Shown here: piece after piece, positions 12,101-23,040 of the stretch
How positions within the stretch are numbered: the stretch's first letter is position 1
Layout of the letters: each line of letters starts with the position of its first letter
NCBI RefSeq assembly: GCF_000981445.1
Contig: NC_027218.1
Coordinates: forward strand, 2,480,001-2,544,000
DNA: 64,000 nt
Direction of reading: 5' to 3'
Origin: Babesia bigemina
Lineage: Eukaryota
Notes under the pieces: generated by a model
Seen by the model: the letters and a program-made list of their open reading frames with translations, nothing else
Told to the model about the DNA's origin: nothing
Databases searched by the model: none
Program-made: the position numbers and the translations under genes

Positions 12101-14355
12101 TCAGCAAGTGTACCTTTTGCCGTTTTGCCCATCTTCTTTTTTAGCTCTAATAATTTGCCTTTTGCACTTACTTCGCCACCCTCAGCATAGATCTTAACAA
12201 TTTCGCAGAGTTTATGAAGGTTTGTTTTAACTTCTTCGGCTTTGTTGTCGATCATGGACTGCGTCTCTTGGGCGGCGATCACAATGTCACCATTCAACAT
12301 CTCTATGGTCTTAAAATCACTTGATACAATTTCCATGACCGCACTATGAAGGTTTGCTGCACCTGTAATCGCAGCGGCCTGTAGGAGTTGGCCGAGTTCT
12401 CTGTTTACGGCTGTTATCTTTTCCTGCATTGATGCTTTCAATGTATGGTAAATGTCAGAAATATGTTTTCTTGCATTCCAGCCTTTTTTGGCTTCGTAAA
12501 GGTGCTTTAACACCTTTTCTATATTATTGCCAAGGCCACCGTCATCCTTGTCCAATTTCGCCGTCTCAAGCAGCGTTCCCAAATTTCCCAACTTATTCTT
12601 CAATTCATATTCTCCCACGTTATCAACAAGCACATCAAGAGCAGGGGTACTATCAGCATTAACAGTAATACCCTTTTGCTCTGCCACACCAGCTGCCAAG
12701 GCATCATTCAAAGTGTCCAAATAATTACTAAAGTTCTCTTTAATTTTTCTTATGAGTGGATCGATGCTATTGGACACATCCCAGTTACCATTATCATCTC
12801 TCCACGTCTCCAAATCGTCCGGTTCATTCACCTTGGTTTGAGCATCACTAAGCTTTTTCACCACACATGTATCGTCTTCACCATCTCCCTCTTTTCCTTT
12901 AATAATCGTAAATACATTATTATACTTATCTTTTAACTCCGTGAATTTCTCATGCAGCGTCAATCCATGTCCCTTAATATACTCTGCGGCTGCTTTAACC
13001 TCTTCTTTACATTTAGCAGGATTGTCAACTTCCTCTAATATTCTATCAACCTTGCTTTCAGCCTCTCTGACAATGGCATCTGCCTCCATAATCCATAAGT
13101 CTAGATCGTTAACATACTGCTGTACATTTTTTTCGATCCTCTTAAGCAACTGCAAAATGCTCTGCACTCTCCTTATCAAATCGTCGAGCAGCTTATTTAT
13201 ATCACTCCGGATTCGTTCCTTGATTTGATCTCTAGCATCTTCAAGCTGTTTCTCAACATGTTTAATAACGCCATCCCTATCGCTCTTCTGATGCTTATGA
13301 ATTGAACTCAACCACGCAGCATGTTCTTTAACTAGGTTCTTAGCGTTCTCAATTTGTATTTTCAATTCCGGGCTTAAGTCTTTGATATCCTTATCTGCCT
13401 TAAGCATGTCAATAAAAAATTCTGAAATAGGCTTTTTACACTCCGTCTCACGTATCTTATCTACGGCCTCTACTGCTTCTTGAATTTTTTCTGAACTATG
13501 AACAAGCGGCCTGCCCAACTCATTTTTTCCCGGTAAAATTTTGTTTAGAGCATCTTTTGAATACGATTTCATCTGACCACTTAATGTCGTAATGACGAGA
13601 GTAATTTTCTCATTAGACGCCTTCACTTCCCTATTGTAGTTCCTGACACCATCCACCACCGCATTAATTGCCTTATTAAAACTGTCTTTACTACCATGTA
13701 TATTAGCTGTAATAAACCTAATAGCTTCATCAATTTGCCCGTTATGTTGCCCTAAATTCCCTTGAATATTGCTGAGAACACCGTGAAAGAACGCCATCAC
13801 CGCATCGCACAGCCTGTCAAGGTCTGAGTAGACAATGCCCTGGCCAGTGTAGCCTTTGGAGTCAGAGGAGAAGCCGAGGAAAGTTTCGAGGCCATCACAT
13901 AAATTTGTCAGAAGTTCTTTGCAATTCTTTTCAACAGTGATGCCTTTAAGACTCTCATTAAGACTTTTAAGCTGCTCCAACTTGGACTGAATCTCATCAT
14001 AGGCTTTCTGTTGGGAGGAATCCAGGTGTCCTTTATAGCAATTTTTAATACCTTCAGACTTAGATTTAAGTTCTTCAAAACTTCTTGGGGCATTATTTTT
14101 GGAATCGTTAAATCCTTCAATTTCAGTTACTTTTTCCTTACAACAGGTGTAAGACTTGGCAGAATGGAGAAGCTTGAGAAGCGCATCAAAATTTGTAGTA
14201 TACGCCTTCTCAATAGCCTCCTCAATCAACTTTTTCAAAGCTTTGGCCAACTCATCAAGACCATTCTTGTCACCATTCCCATGCCTAACCTGGATCAACC
14301 AGTCGATGGCCTCCCGGAGGTTTTCCGGGCAGTCAGTGAGATTCTTTGGCGCCAT
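9136..14355 (-). CDS. VESA1-like variant erythrocyte surface antigen (ves1a-like type)
   Basis: 1739-aa ORF from MAPKNLTDCPENLREAIDWL. Contains GYTGQGIVYSDLDRLCD, a long helical centre, SPLQSFLEDGLPGF, PPQTLDEMFAFY, a C-terminal TM and RLDTLHIKSHLRSPASYKIAAQSLL, all VESA1 hallmarks. Confidence 0.9.
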   Translation of the reverse strand: MAPKNLTDCPENLREAIDWLIQVRHGNGDKNGLDELAKALKKLIEEAIEKAYTTNFDALLKLLHSAKSYTCCKEKVTEIEGFNDSKNNAPRSFEELKSKSEGIKNCYKGHLDSSQQKAYDEIQSKLEQLKSLNESLKGITVEKNCKELLTNLCDGLETFLGFSSDSKGYTGQGIVYSDLDRLCDAVMAFFHGVLSNIQGNLGQHNGQIDEAIRFITANIHGSKDSFNKAINAVVDGVRNYNREVKASNEKITLVITTLSGQMKSYSKDALNKILPGKNELGRPLVHSSEKIQEAVEAVDKIRETECKKPISEFFIDMLKADKDIKDLSPELKIQIENAKNLVKEHAAWLSSIHKHQKSDRDGVIKHVEKQLEDARDQIKERIRSDINKLLDDLIRRVQSILQLLKRIEKNVQQYVNDLDLWIMEADAIVREAESKVDRILEEVDNPAKCKEEVKAAAEYIKGHGLTLHEKFTELKDKYNNVFTIIKGKEGDGEDDTCVVKKLSDAQTKVNEPDDLETWRDDNGNWDVSNSIDPLIRKIKENFSNYLDTLNDALAAGVAEQKGITVNADSTPALDVLVDNVGEYELKNKLGNLGTLLETAKLDKDDGGLGNNIEKVLKHLYEAKKGWNARKHISDIYHTLKASMQEKITAVNRELGQLLQAAAITGAANLHSAVMEIVSSDFKTIEMLNGDIVIAAQETQSMIDNKAEEVKTNLHKLCEIVKIYAEGGEVSAKGKLLELKKKMGKTAKGTLAEGVLRKIHNDIDAILRGDLKDSIRETTEFLSHAEQEKKNTIQVLQHLVTTTIDGARDTITDDIKTRYVQLIKAQLTAFADKVSTAIAPLPNEITADADKGVKGFMRVMQDKLRDSGLNTVLDEYATLQTLSRRAKTFFTELPKTLNTRSKIMPPDYLSKLQNKLHPLFTGLTKYNRKFVAGLTALNSLLTEMNSKSYAHQNNPLLEYLKQGITDMHGELDKAYVSVYDGAEPISQWVDGKNKLTTDGKHGAKVCITILEMLFNDFNDLRIKCNQGNEYKYKTVCARNGTVENPLGAFLARCGYVVSEENKQNGELRYMNDFRGQNIHDDLLTNKHGIGDAQYKLVSDDDEKEEIKVDGEVRVKTTNLPDHGVLRKLLGYLHDYYRVCHFATSGSKKLPCNIYDMLIWLSGLPHNPVYHELTFSSFDELFDKPEEQNVDVRGTVISLAYVDNVSFAAYPETIKVSQLTSALGDVCSKSHSVLTAIVGHGHSDGVYACDYNTNEYKLQYPNSASACFDMLVDVLYRVYHQLNFLYNQCCDTTEVSGWRHCWYGNAIGGSSWKCNELQCPDQPCNPTCNQTCRQHPKCGLKSPLQSFLEDGLPGFLPHQFEKPGCKLECTVPNHRGIPCKTPMGFSDIATTASHRQSGRYLCTVLADFCGGKDSCLSKICSLLICLLNRPPQTLDEMFAFYYHLLNEWNGKSGAHEAAKKHKKYAFEDAVRKASFGFYGHLDNTTIFKSRNHKTHTNGDLFTLVCSDISEVKCGRYIKPLSHNIWTVFSQKHAARYLSWVVYLTETFYNLLNRLLNECIATCGEGNKCYVKCCAATCPVKSAYASKTPIIDLIDKHHTQDCKSITHCPSTRPTLSKYGLVFRSPYDLSGVNNVVSKRTCKDFCYALETVLNKEMHLERALAKFVFETIPEFLFRIREPFIWTVVALWSLSLLYLSYVLIGRLDTLHIKSHLRSPASYKIAAQSLLAAARVGKIAKISYLQA

Positions 14356-14409
14356 CGTGCTGAAGCGAAAGTTCAATGTATGCGCAACTTCAATATGCCC
14401 ACCAGCGCT

Positions 14410-14615
14410 TCGAGGCTGCAAACCTCCACTCCACTGCGAAAATGCGATAAGCACTGGACAGCTAGCAAACTCTTCTCTCAGTGCTCCAAACTACATTACT
14501 CAAGCGCCTCCTCGATTAAGGGCGTATTTGAATATCACGACCAAACTAGCATCCACCTCGCTCACCGTTTCCTAACCGCCAGTATTCAGACTGCTCCAAA
14601 TTCTAGTCCCCTTCG
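14410..14615 (-). promoter_or_regulatory. Conserved ves1a-like upstream region / 5'UTR with probable intron acceptor
   Basis: Reverse complement aligns by eye with 57995-58200 upstream of the other ves1a-like gene (shared taatgtagtt...gtcca.tgc.tatc.cattttcgcag.ggag...tttgcagcc). Confidence 0.6.
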
Positions 14616-16546
14616 GAGGTGGCGTGAAACCTCCAAATCGCATTTAATCTTCAAAGATGCAACGCAATAGTTGAATCCTGTACGACGTGCTTATTAATAT
14701 TCGCATCGGTTTCTCTCCAACTCCTTTGCAATTACTGCCCTGCCCCACCACCTCAATCTACCAGCAATATTGTGGCCAAAGTTTTCCCGAAATGTGAGAG
14801 GGAATAAACTATGACTGTTGTGAATGAGACATGGTATAACTGAGCATGTAAAGTGGTAATGGAAATTATGCTCCCTCTGGAGCCTCCGCAAGACATGGAC
14901 GAATCGATCCGTTATCGATGAGAAGGCGATATTAATATGTCGTATACCAAATCTAACCATGAATATGACTGAAGGTGGACTCAGATAAGAAACAATAGTC
15001 TTGATTAAGAATAGTGAGGAGTAGGCAGATTACCATGATAACGATGCATTGCGTAGGAACTCAAGACTGAAGGGACTACTCCATCTCATCCGCCAATTCG
15101 ACTCATGTAAGATCGGTGGAAGAACAGAAGCACCGTCTCGATATCCTGATCGCCACCCAATAGGACCTAGTGGAAAGGGAAAGTCACGGAATTGAGGCAT
15201 GAATATCTAATACAGAAACCGAAAGCGCTACCATTCAACTTGTAGACGAGTATTAGGCTAATTTACAACAAAGTGAGAGCTTGAAGACCGGATGAGGGCA
15301 TGACGCGTCGATTACACTCCTGCCCATACACGAAGGACATCACCGAGCACTGTCTGCAATACTGTGATGTGGAATTCTCAACATACATCGATACGGTTTA
15401 GGTGGTGAAGTATGAATAGGCACAGAAAGCAGCGCCATACGAACGTAGCCACACGCCTAACCCTGGAAAACTTGAAACTAACCTAATCTCATTTTTTATT
15501 AAAGCGGTTGCCATGTCTACAGCCTTTTTATGTAACAGCACTCACTCATGTGCCTAAGTGACAACATCGCAAAGGCAGTGACTGAAGATGTATCACATGT
15601 GTTTGCTCTGTGTGTTGAACCACCGGAATGAGGATGTCACCATGTCACTTATATATGATATCATAGTTTACGAAACCAATAATGTTCTTCACACGCAATA
15701 GAGGCGACATAAGACAGTTATTAATCTGTCTTACCACATAGACCAATGTTATCGAGCAACTGCCTTTTAGGTGCCAGGCCACCTTGGAACATGAGGGTTG
15801 ATTTACTCATGGTCTACTTAATCCCTTCACCATATGCATAAAGCATAATATCGGATGTTATACCAAGCCACCGCTGGTTATATTGATATTACAGAGGTGC
15901 CACATTACAAGTACAACCAGACTCAGTCATAGCTCACAGCTTGATGGGATGGGCAATCACGCAAGAACCATACTATGAATGCCATTATGACACTTAGATG
16001 CTGGAAATGGACAAAACAATGGGCGTTGATAAACTAAGTTTGACACCCTTCAGCTCCACACTGGCCGAGACCCCGTTGTAAATGGTATGTGAAGCAGAAA
16101 TTAGGAAAGCGTGGATCCGTGTAAACACCACTAATTCACCAAGGAGGCGTCTTATATACGTGGTTACACGTTAACAAATAGATTTCGGTGGTAAGCTGAA
16201 GCGAGGGGTGGACGTCACTACTCCACTCCCACGTGAGCCAGTAACGGATAGGGCCGTTAGAAATATATTATTGCCTGTATGAAACTAACATGCCGCATTG
16301 ATAACTAATATGATGCATTACTGCGTGGTTACGTTTAGAACCTCAAAGACATTTGTCCAGTGATCTGTGGGGAAAGGCAATAAGCATACATGTAAATCTC
16401 ATGGGAATAGTATCTATACTGCAACAGACCCGGCTGTGATATCCAGGGCGATGCGTTGCATGACGGCCACCCGGTTGGGTGCGGGTCTCCGATGGGAGAA
16501 AGAGTAGTGGCATCAGTGTTCGCCGCTGAGGTGCGTGTTCATGAGT

Positions 16547-16762
16547 AGTTGGTGAGTGCGTTGCTTAAGTGATTGATATGCTTGCAGGTTGAGGGGACTG
16601 GTAGCGGCAGTGGTACGTGTTGCAGTTGGTGAGTGCGTTGTTTAAGTGATTGATATGCTTGCAGGTTGAGGGGACTGGTAGCGGCAGTGGTACGTGTTGC
16701 AGTTGGTGAGTGCGTTGCTCAGGTGACTGATATGTTTGCAGGTTGAGGGGACTGGGAGCGGA
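16547..16762 (+). repeat. Tandem ~2.8x 77-bp repeat containing a 5'UTR intron unit
   Basis: gtgagtgcgttg... starts at 16552, 16629 and 16706; each unit contains ...gatatg(c/t)ttgcag followed by gttgaggggactgg. Confidence 0.9.
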
Positions 16763-16764
16763 AG

Positions 16765-17309
16765 ATGTCGACAGGGTCTCCTTGTTTATGTGCTACGAGT
16801 TGTCCACGGTACAGTTGTATTTGTTGTCCGTGGTGCTGTGATAAATGTGATGGTAGAAGCAGTTGTAATGGATGTTTCGGATATACCTTCATACGCCAAA
16901 AAGACAGAGATCCAACTTACAAATGCGAGACTTTCGGTTGTAAAACAAAATGTGCAGGCAAGGAGTATAAATGTGGATGTAAATGTTGTAGAGCGAAATG
17001 TGCAAGTGGAGAGCGGCCTGGCACCTGCAGTGCCCCCGCTCCACAGCTTTCCCTTACTTCCACCGGTCTTCAGTCTCAGTCCGAGAGTCAAGAGCTACCA
17101 TCTCTTCCCGAAGCTCAGACCCAAGAAAACAATTCTCAATCTGCCTCCACACCTTTCCGCCCTGCCCCCCAGCCATCGCCGCCGTCATCGTTGCCATCAT
17201 CGTCGCCATCATCCTGCTCGACCTGTGCATCTTCCGCTTCCCGGTGGGCCGCAACATCCGCGATTTCCTCGTACGCAAGATACCGTTCTGCATCGCGTTC
17301 TGCAGCTGA
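16765..17309 (+). pseudogene. Small Cys-rich single-TM protein (family copy 1), 1-bp frameshift at ~17170
   Basis: The Cys-rich CCPWCC domain is in one frame and the TM/tail (AAVIVAIIVAIILLDLCIFRFPVGRNIRDFLVRKIPFCIAF) is in another. The shift is next to a C6 run, judged against the intact paralog at 63153. Confidence 0.75.
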
Positions 17310-17922
17310 ACTCAGCAATTTGTTAGCGCAATTTTCGTAATCCACATCCCACAGATCACCTAACTGGCAACTGACATTTAATGTTGTAGGCAGAGTAATG
17401 TTTGCACCGATGACCAAGCACCTGACCAATTCCATAAGCAACGTGGTTACCTAGCACCTGACCTAAGTGGTGACCAAGAGACTGACCTTGTGACTGCCCT
17501 ACCGTATGAGCTATGTGTTCAAGGCTCAACCAAAAGTCTGCCAAAATATTTTATCCCCACTGCAAACCACCATGTATAACAGCATCCTCCTACCTTACTC
17601 CACCCCCTCACTCCAGCATGGCTGCCTTGGATTGTTGCCTCCCCTCCTCAGGTGGGTGGTGTGTCTATAGGATTCGTGTGATGGTTCATGGATTTTGCAA
17701 AACGGCATAGGTGTGTCATTGTTTTGATATGATGCGTATTGGTGTTATTCAGCGTCTTACTTCATAGCCTTTCCACCCAGCGCACTTAGTTGTCTGCCAA
17801 GCTGTGTTAAGCGGAGTCACCTTGGAAGTGTGGTCACTCTAGTGTCTCCCAGTTCACATAGTCCTGGAGGCTAGCCGTGGAGTTTTGTAAGAGTGGATTA
17901 GAGGTGATTGGAAGTGGGCCGG

Positions 17923-20900
17923 ATGGTGGCTAAGGGTAGCGTTCCTGCGTTCAACACTCTTAAGGAGTGTTTGGGGTTTTTTCATTGGCTACATACTCAG
18001 AAAGGTGTGCAAGGTCAGCTCGCCGGTAGACTTAAAAGGCTTCTTGATAAGAAGTACGAAAGTGTTAATCGGGACCAAATAGAAACCGCACTGTCGGTTT
18101 TCCTCGCCAAAATCAACACGTTTCATAATAAATTATGTAAAAAGGCGCGTAGTTCGTATACAGGCTTAAAACAGCAAAACACGCACTCAACGCTCTTTTG
18201 GAGTGCGTTCCGAAGGTTCTCTCTGTGATGTATTTTCTGCGCTACCATGTGGACGGAGGTTTCAAAGCACTCGGCGGAGGGGGATGGGCGGATAAACAGG
18301 TTGGGCAGATTGAACTGTTCGCTAAACTTCGTATGCCGTCGGATAGACTTATGAACCTTGCCACTGATATTGAGAAGTATTTCATTACGAAAACTGGCGA
18401 TACGTACGGGGTCATACCCGGGGGATTCGATCCAATCGAACTGATGCCAATTACTGGGGGTGGCTATTCCGAAGGTTCTCGAATGGCAAATGATCTGAGA
18501 ATGCTGCTTGACAAAAACAGTAATAATAACAACCTTTTTCTTGATGTTTATTCTACTACGGTACTCGGCAGTCATGGAACTGACGCTTCGAACGTCGCCA
18601 ATGCACTCCGCTTAGTGAGAGACTTTTGCAGGATATTTGCAGAAGTCACGGGTGAGGAAGATTTTAAAAGTCATCTGTATTCGAAAGATAAATGCATTGA
18701 ATGGCAAAAATTAAAGCAGCATTGCGCCAAACTTAAGGAACCTCTTGAAAAAATTTTCAAGGACAAACGATTTTCTTTCACTGGCTTTGCGCGTGATCTG
18801 AACAACTTTAGTAAACACGATATTGCTAAGAAAATGGCAAGTTGGTTTAGAACGAATTTAGCGGCGGTGACAAAGAATTTGAAGAATATTACACCGTTTA
18901 CGAGCCTTAAGAAACTCCAACGTACGTCTTTTCGGAAAGGCAACTCCCTGCCTAGGGGATATTCCGACACACTTGCAGGATATATTCCCAATAACTTCAT
19001 CCGCTATGGGTTCACATTTTATGGGTATGATTTTAGAGAGTGGCCAAATAGATATGACGTTCTAAAAACGGATTGGGATGGAGTAATAGGGGAGCTTAAA
19101 GACAAGAGTAAAGGTTTGGATGAGCTTGTAATATTCTGAATGGTGATATGTGTAAACTACAGGAGGTAGAGAAAGCAAAAGAAAAGGGGGCGCAAAAAGG
19201 AAGAGCAGCGGATAAGGCTGAAGACGGCCCGCCTGAGCCTCAGGCTGAGAAGTCTAAAGATGAGTCTGATGTAGAGTCTGAAGATGAAGATGATGAACAA
19301 TTGTTGGATGAAGAAGATCCTCCTGCTCGAAAAACCGAAGTCACTAAAATTGAGACCGCAAAGCCTGTGGTCACCAAAGCCGAGGCGGCGAAACCCACTG
19401 CCACTAAATCGGAGGCGACAAAGCCTTCTACCCTTAAAGCTGAAGCGACTCCAAACCAAGGCAAAAAATCTGAGGGAGCACAGAACCAGGGAAAGAAAGC
19501 TGAGGGAACGACAAATCAACCGGGTGGTCAAAGTGACGGAAATGGTTCAAGTGCAGGCACTCCTTCACCTGGTGACCCTGTTCCCAGTAGTGGTCAGGAT
19601 CTGGGTGAACAGAGGTCTACTTCTGGGTCTGCTCAAAAAAGCGGCGATCCTTCATCTGATGTTCCGCCTCCTAGTCAAGGTGTTGCTGGAGTTGGAGGGG
19701 GCGGGGGTTCAGGAGGTCCTGAGAATTCTGGGAAGTCTAACACCTGTCCTGATGGTACGACATCATCCTCGTACCTTGGTGATGGTGCAATATGTTTCTC
19801 TAAGTCCAATGATGACGAGGAAATAATCTGGAATGCCCAAAGGCAGAGTATGCTGGAAGATCATTATAAAAATGAAGCTAAAACTCTTGTACGGATGCAG
19901 ACTCAGCAACAACGCAACCATCCACCAACGCAGTCCAGGTATACTTCAATTCTTCCAAATAAGCCTAGCCTTCACGCTTCCAGACCGCCTCCTCAGCAAA
20001 TCGTTGGCCGTCCTCTGAATGAAAACCCGTACAATGCTCCACAGGAGAGGGATGCCGATCACTGGGATGGAAGTGCCATATTTCTCGATGGTAGATCGTT
20101 TACAAACCCAGTAACAAGCCAGATCGCAATGGAAAAGGCGTACGAAGCAGAACAAAAAAATACGCTCACGAATGGCGAGCCAATAGGAATGAGTTTCTAG
20201 ATAATATGCAGAAACGGATGATGATAGAGGCTGAAGGTGAAAAACAGCGGCAAATTAAGCAGATGGGAGATTATCTAAGACATGTTAACGAGCATGGTAA
20301 TGCTTCTTCGGGACCTTTCGCCGGTTATCCAGTTAAGCATCGGCCGAGTGCACTACCTATTCCCTCTGCCCGACATAAATTACCTTCTATTATCGGCAGC
20401 GCAGCCGCCGATACTACACAACATGTGGATGACCGTAAGACGGAAAATAACTTCCAAAACGCAACGCAACAAATTATTACAAAAAAAAAGTTCCGACGAT
20501 CGGAAGATAAGTGAAGCGATACATGGTGCACGTGATCGTATTGAAAAATACGAAAGAGAAGCAGAGAATAGATTCAAGTCGGAGTTAAGAACAAAAGAAA
20601 TCATTGAACGTATCCGAAAAAGGAATGAAAAGCAAATGCAGGCCGCCAATGAGCTTGACAAAAATTTAGAGAAAACTACAGAAGATATATGGAAAACTCA
20701 ACTGCAGCAAAACGTGGAACATATAGAAAACGATGTAAAAAATGAAGATGCCAAAAAAAGATTACAGCAAAAACGTTCGGAGCAAAAAAAGAAATTAGAG
20801 CAGCAAAACATTAGTGTAGACCCCCCAACATCTACAGTCGCCGCCATTCCAAGTCAGCCCGGCAGTCCTGCTCCCGGCCTTACCCCTCAGCCTACCGGTG

Positions 20901-23040
20901 GCCGTAATGCTCATGGGCGTGATTACTATGAACTAAGGGGAAGGGATAGAGGGCAGGGGGATTATATTATTCTGGGAGGCAAAGCCATAGAGGATCAGTC
21001 CTACGAACAACATGAGAAAGAACGAAAACAAAAGGCGGCCGAGGAACGAAAAAAATTGTGGGATTTGGAAACGAAGCGAGAGGAAGATAGGTTAAGGGAA
21101 GCTATGCAAAGGGGATTATTAGATGACGTTATGGAGGAAGTGTTTGATAACGATGAGATGATTGTCGATGTTAAGGGTGTAGTGGATATCGACGTTGAGG
21201 GGACCGATGTGTCTGGTGGTGGGTACACCGCTCTGTTTACTATTGAGCAGCGACCACTGGTCAATGCTGAAGATGAAAGTCACAGTATCGATAGCCAAGT
21301 AGTTGGTGTTGACGAGAGTCAACTGGTTTTTCCAGTTGACGGAGAGGAAGTGAAAGAAAAAATAGGAGATGAAGAGGGCGGGCTGGACGATGATAAAGCT
21401 GTAGTTATTGATGGCACAATGGTGTCTGATGCTGATCATGCAATATTCCGTCACTATGGGGAAATAGTTGTGGATATTGGAGGAAACGAAGTGACGGAGA
21501 AGTGTGACAAGCAGAAAGACGAAGAACGTCGAATGCAGCTGCTGTACCAAAACCATCATAATCACGCAAAATCGTTGGATGGACAGCCAGTTCCGGATCC
21601 CACCGATTTAATTTTGAGGCAACAGGAGGTCACAAACATGCGCAGAGCGTACAAGGAAGAAGAAAAAAGGCAGAGAATGAAGGATTAGGAACTAAAAAAT
21701 GCTCGATGCAGCTGAAAAAGATATTAACATTCCAATACATATGCCTAGAAATACATTTGTTGTTCCCCTCGTAGAGTTAAATGGAGATGCGCCTGCTTTT
21801 GTGAATGAAGTGGAAGGCATCATCCTGGCAAACTCTTCAAAATCCGATGCCAACGTCCGTATATCTCAAAAGATAGACACCCCAGTTCCACAATCAATGT
21901 TAAGCGGATCACACGTGCCGGACGCCGAATTGCCATCATCGCCTATTCCCCGAGCAACGTTCCTCACTTAGCCACAACCAACCATGGGATTCCAAGTAGA
22001 ATTACCGAAGCGCAATGTACGCAAACTTGCTTCCGAGGTCGGCCTTTCCATAGAGGTACCGCCTCATGAAGATCGCACTTTTAAAGACGTGGACCTAGAT
22101 GACCCTTATGCCAACACGGCCGATATCCTTAAAGACGAGTTAAGACCTGCAGAGGATAAAGGCTTCTCAGGCCTTTCCCAGACTAATTTCGATCTGAACT
22201 TTGCGCCGGAACATATCGGACTTGAGGGGTACGATGATCCCGGGATGCCTCGTGACCCGGCAAGGAAGACAGATGAACGCGTAATTAACCCATTTAGCAC
22301 AGATGAATGTCTCAACCCTTGGTCCGTTAACACTTCAACAACTGATATAACCCCTCCAACTGCCTTCCCTCCTTCAGCCACCGATAATCTGCCGCCGCCC
22401 AAAAGTGTCCGGGAAATGCTCTACTGGTTTGTGGGCTTGAATACACAAGGGTATGTTGGATTGATTACAGATTATATCTATAGCATTTTGAAGGATGCTA
22501 ACAAAAATGTCTCCAAGCTCTCAGATGTTATCGAAGTCACCGGGGATCTCTCGACGTTGGACGCCTCCATGGTCACTGCCAAACTGACAGAGGCATGTCT
22601 CTACTCAGCCACCGTTATCTACACGATAAAGCATCGTGATAATTATGCAAGCTATAAAGATTTCAAGTTCGAATCAGAATACCGTACGTTTCGTTATTCC
22701 CCTGACCCCTCCTGTCTCCTCTGCCAGCTGCGTGACTACGTGTACGCCTGCCACCACCAGTTGGAGTTTCTGAAGGCGCAGTGTAGTCGGGCTAAACTGA
22801 GTGGTGGTTGGCGGGATTGCCACTACGGCAGTGACATCACTGCTTCCGAGTACCCCCTCCAGGCGTTCCTGACTGACGGCTGGGACTCGGACTTCGAGAC
22901 GCACCTCTTCGACCCGTGCAATCTGTGCCACAAGAGCAGGGTCAGGATGGAATTTAAGAAAGTGGATTTGCCTATGATATCGCAACAGGGCAGTGTCATT
23001 TCAACCATCCTCACTCACTCCCAGCTGCGGCGGTGAGGAC
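17923..23040 (+). pseudogene. ves1b-like pseudogene (paralog of 4148-7957), frameshifted and 3'-truncated
   Basis: Homologous pieces lie in successive frames (TLKECL..., YGVIPGGF, ANALRL, VREMLYW, PSCLLCQLRDY, FLTDGWDSDFETH). Frameshifts at ~18178, ~19135, ~20489 and ~21697; TAG stops at 20198, 21686 and 21969. Homology ends at CGGED (~23040), before the TM. Confidence 0.85.

Noticed and set aside
14960..15300. Purine-rich, pseudogene-like stretch (e.g. VEEQKHRLDILIATQ)
   Set aside because: Multiple stops and no recognisable family; cannot be supported without a search.
15455..15490. cctaaccctgg...ctaaccta, telomere-like sequence
   Set aside because: Too short and degenerate; no tandem TTTAGGG-type array.
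16547..16762. CRISPR-like repeat array
   Set aside because: Units are contiguous near-identical repeats without unique spacers, in a eukaryotic context.
17923..23040. Idea that the ves1b-like disruptions are only homopolymer sequencing errors
   Set aside because: In-frame TAG substitutions (21686, 21969) and the 3' truncation indicate genuine decay, though some individual frameshifts may be errors.
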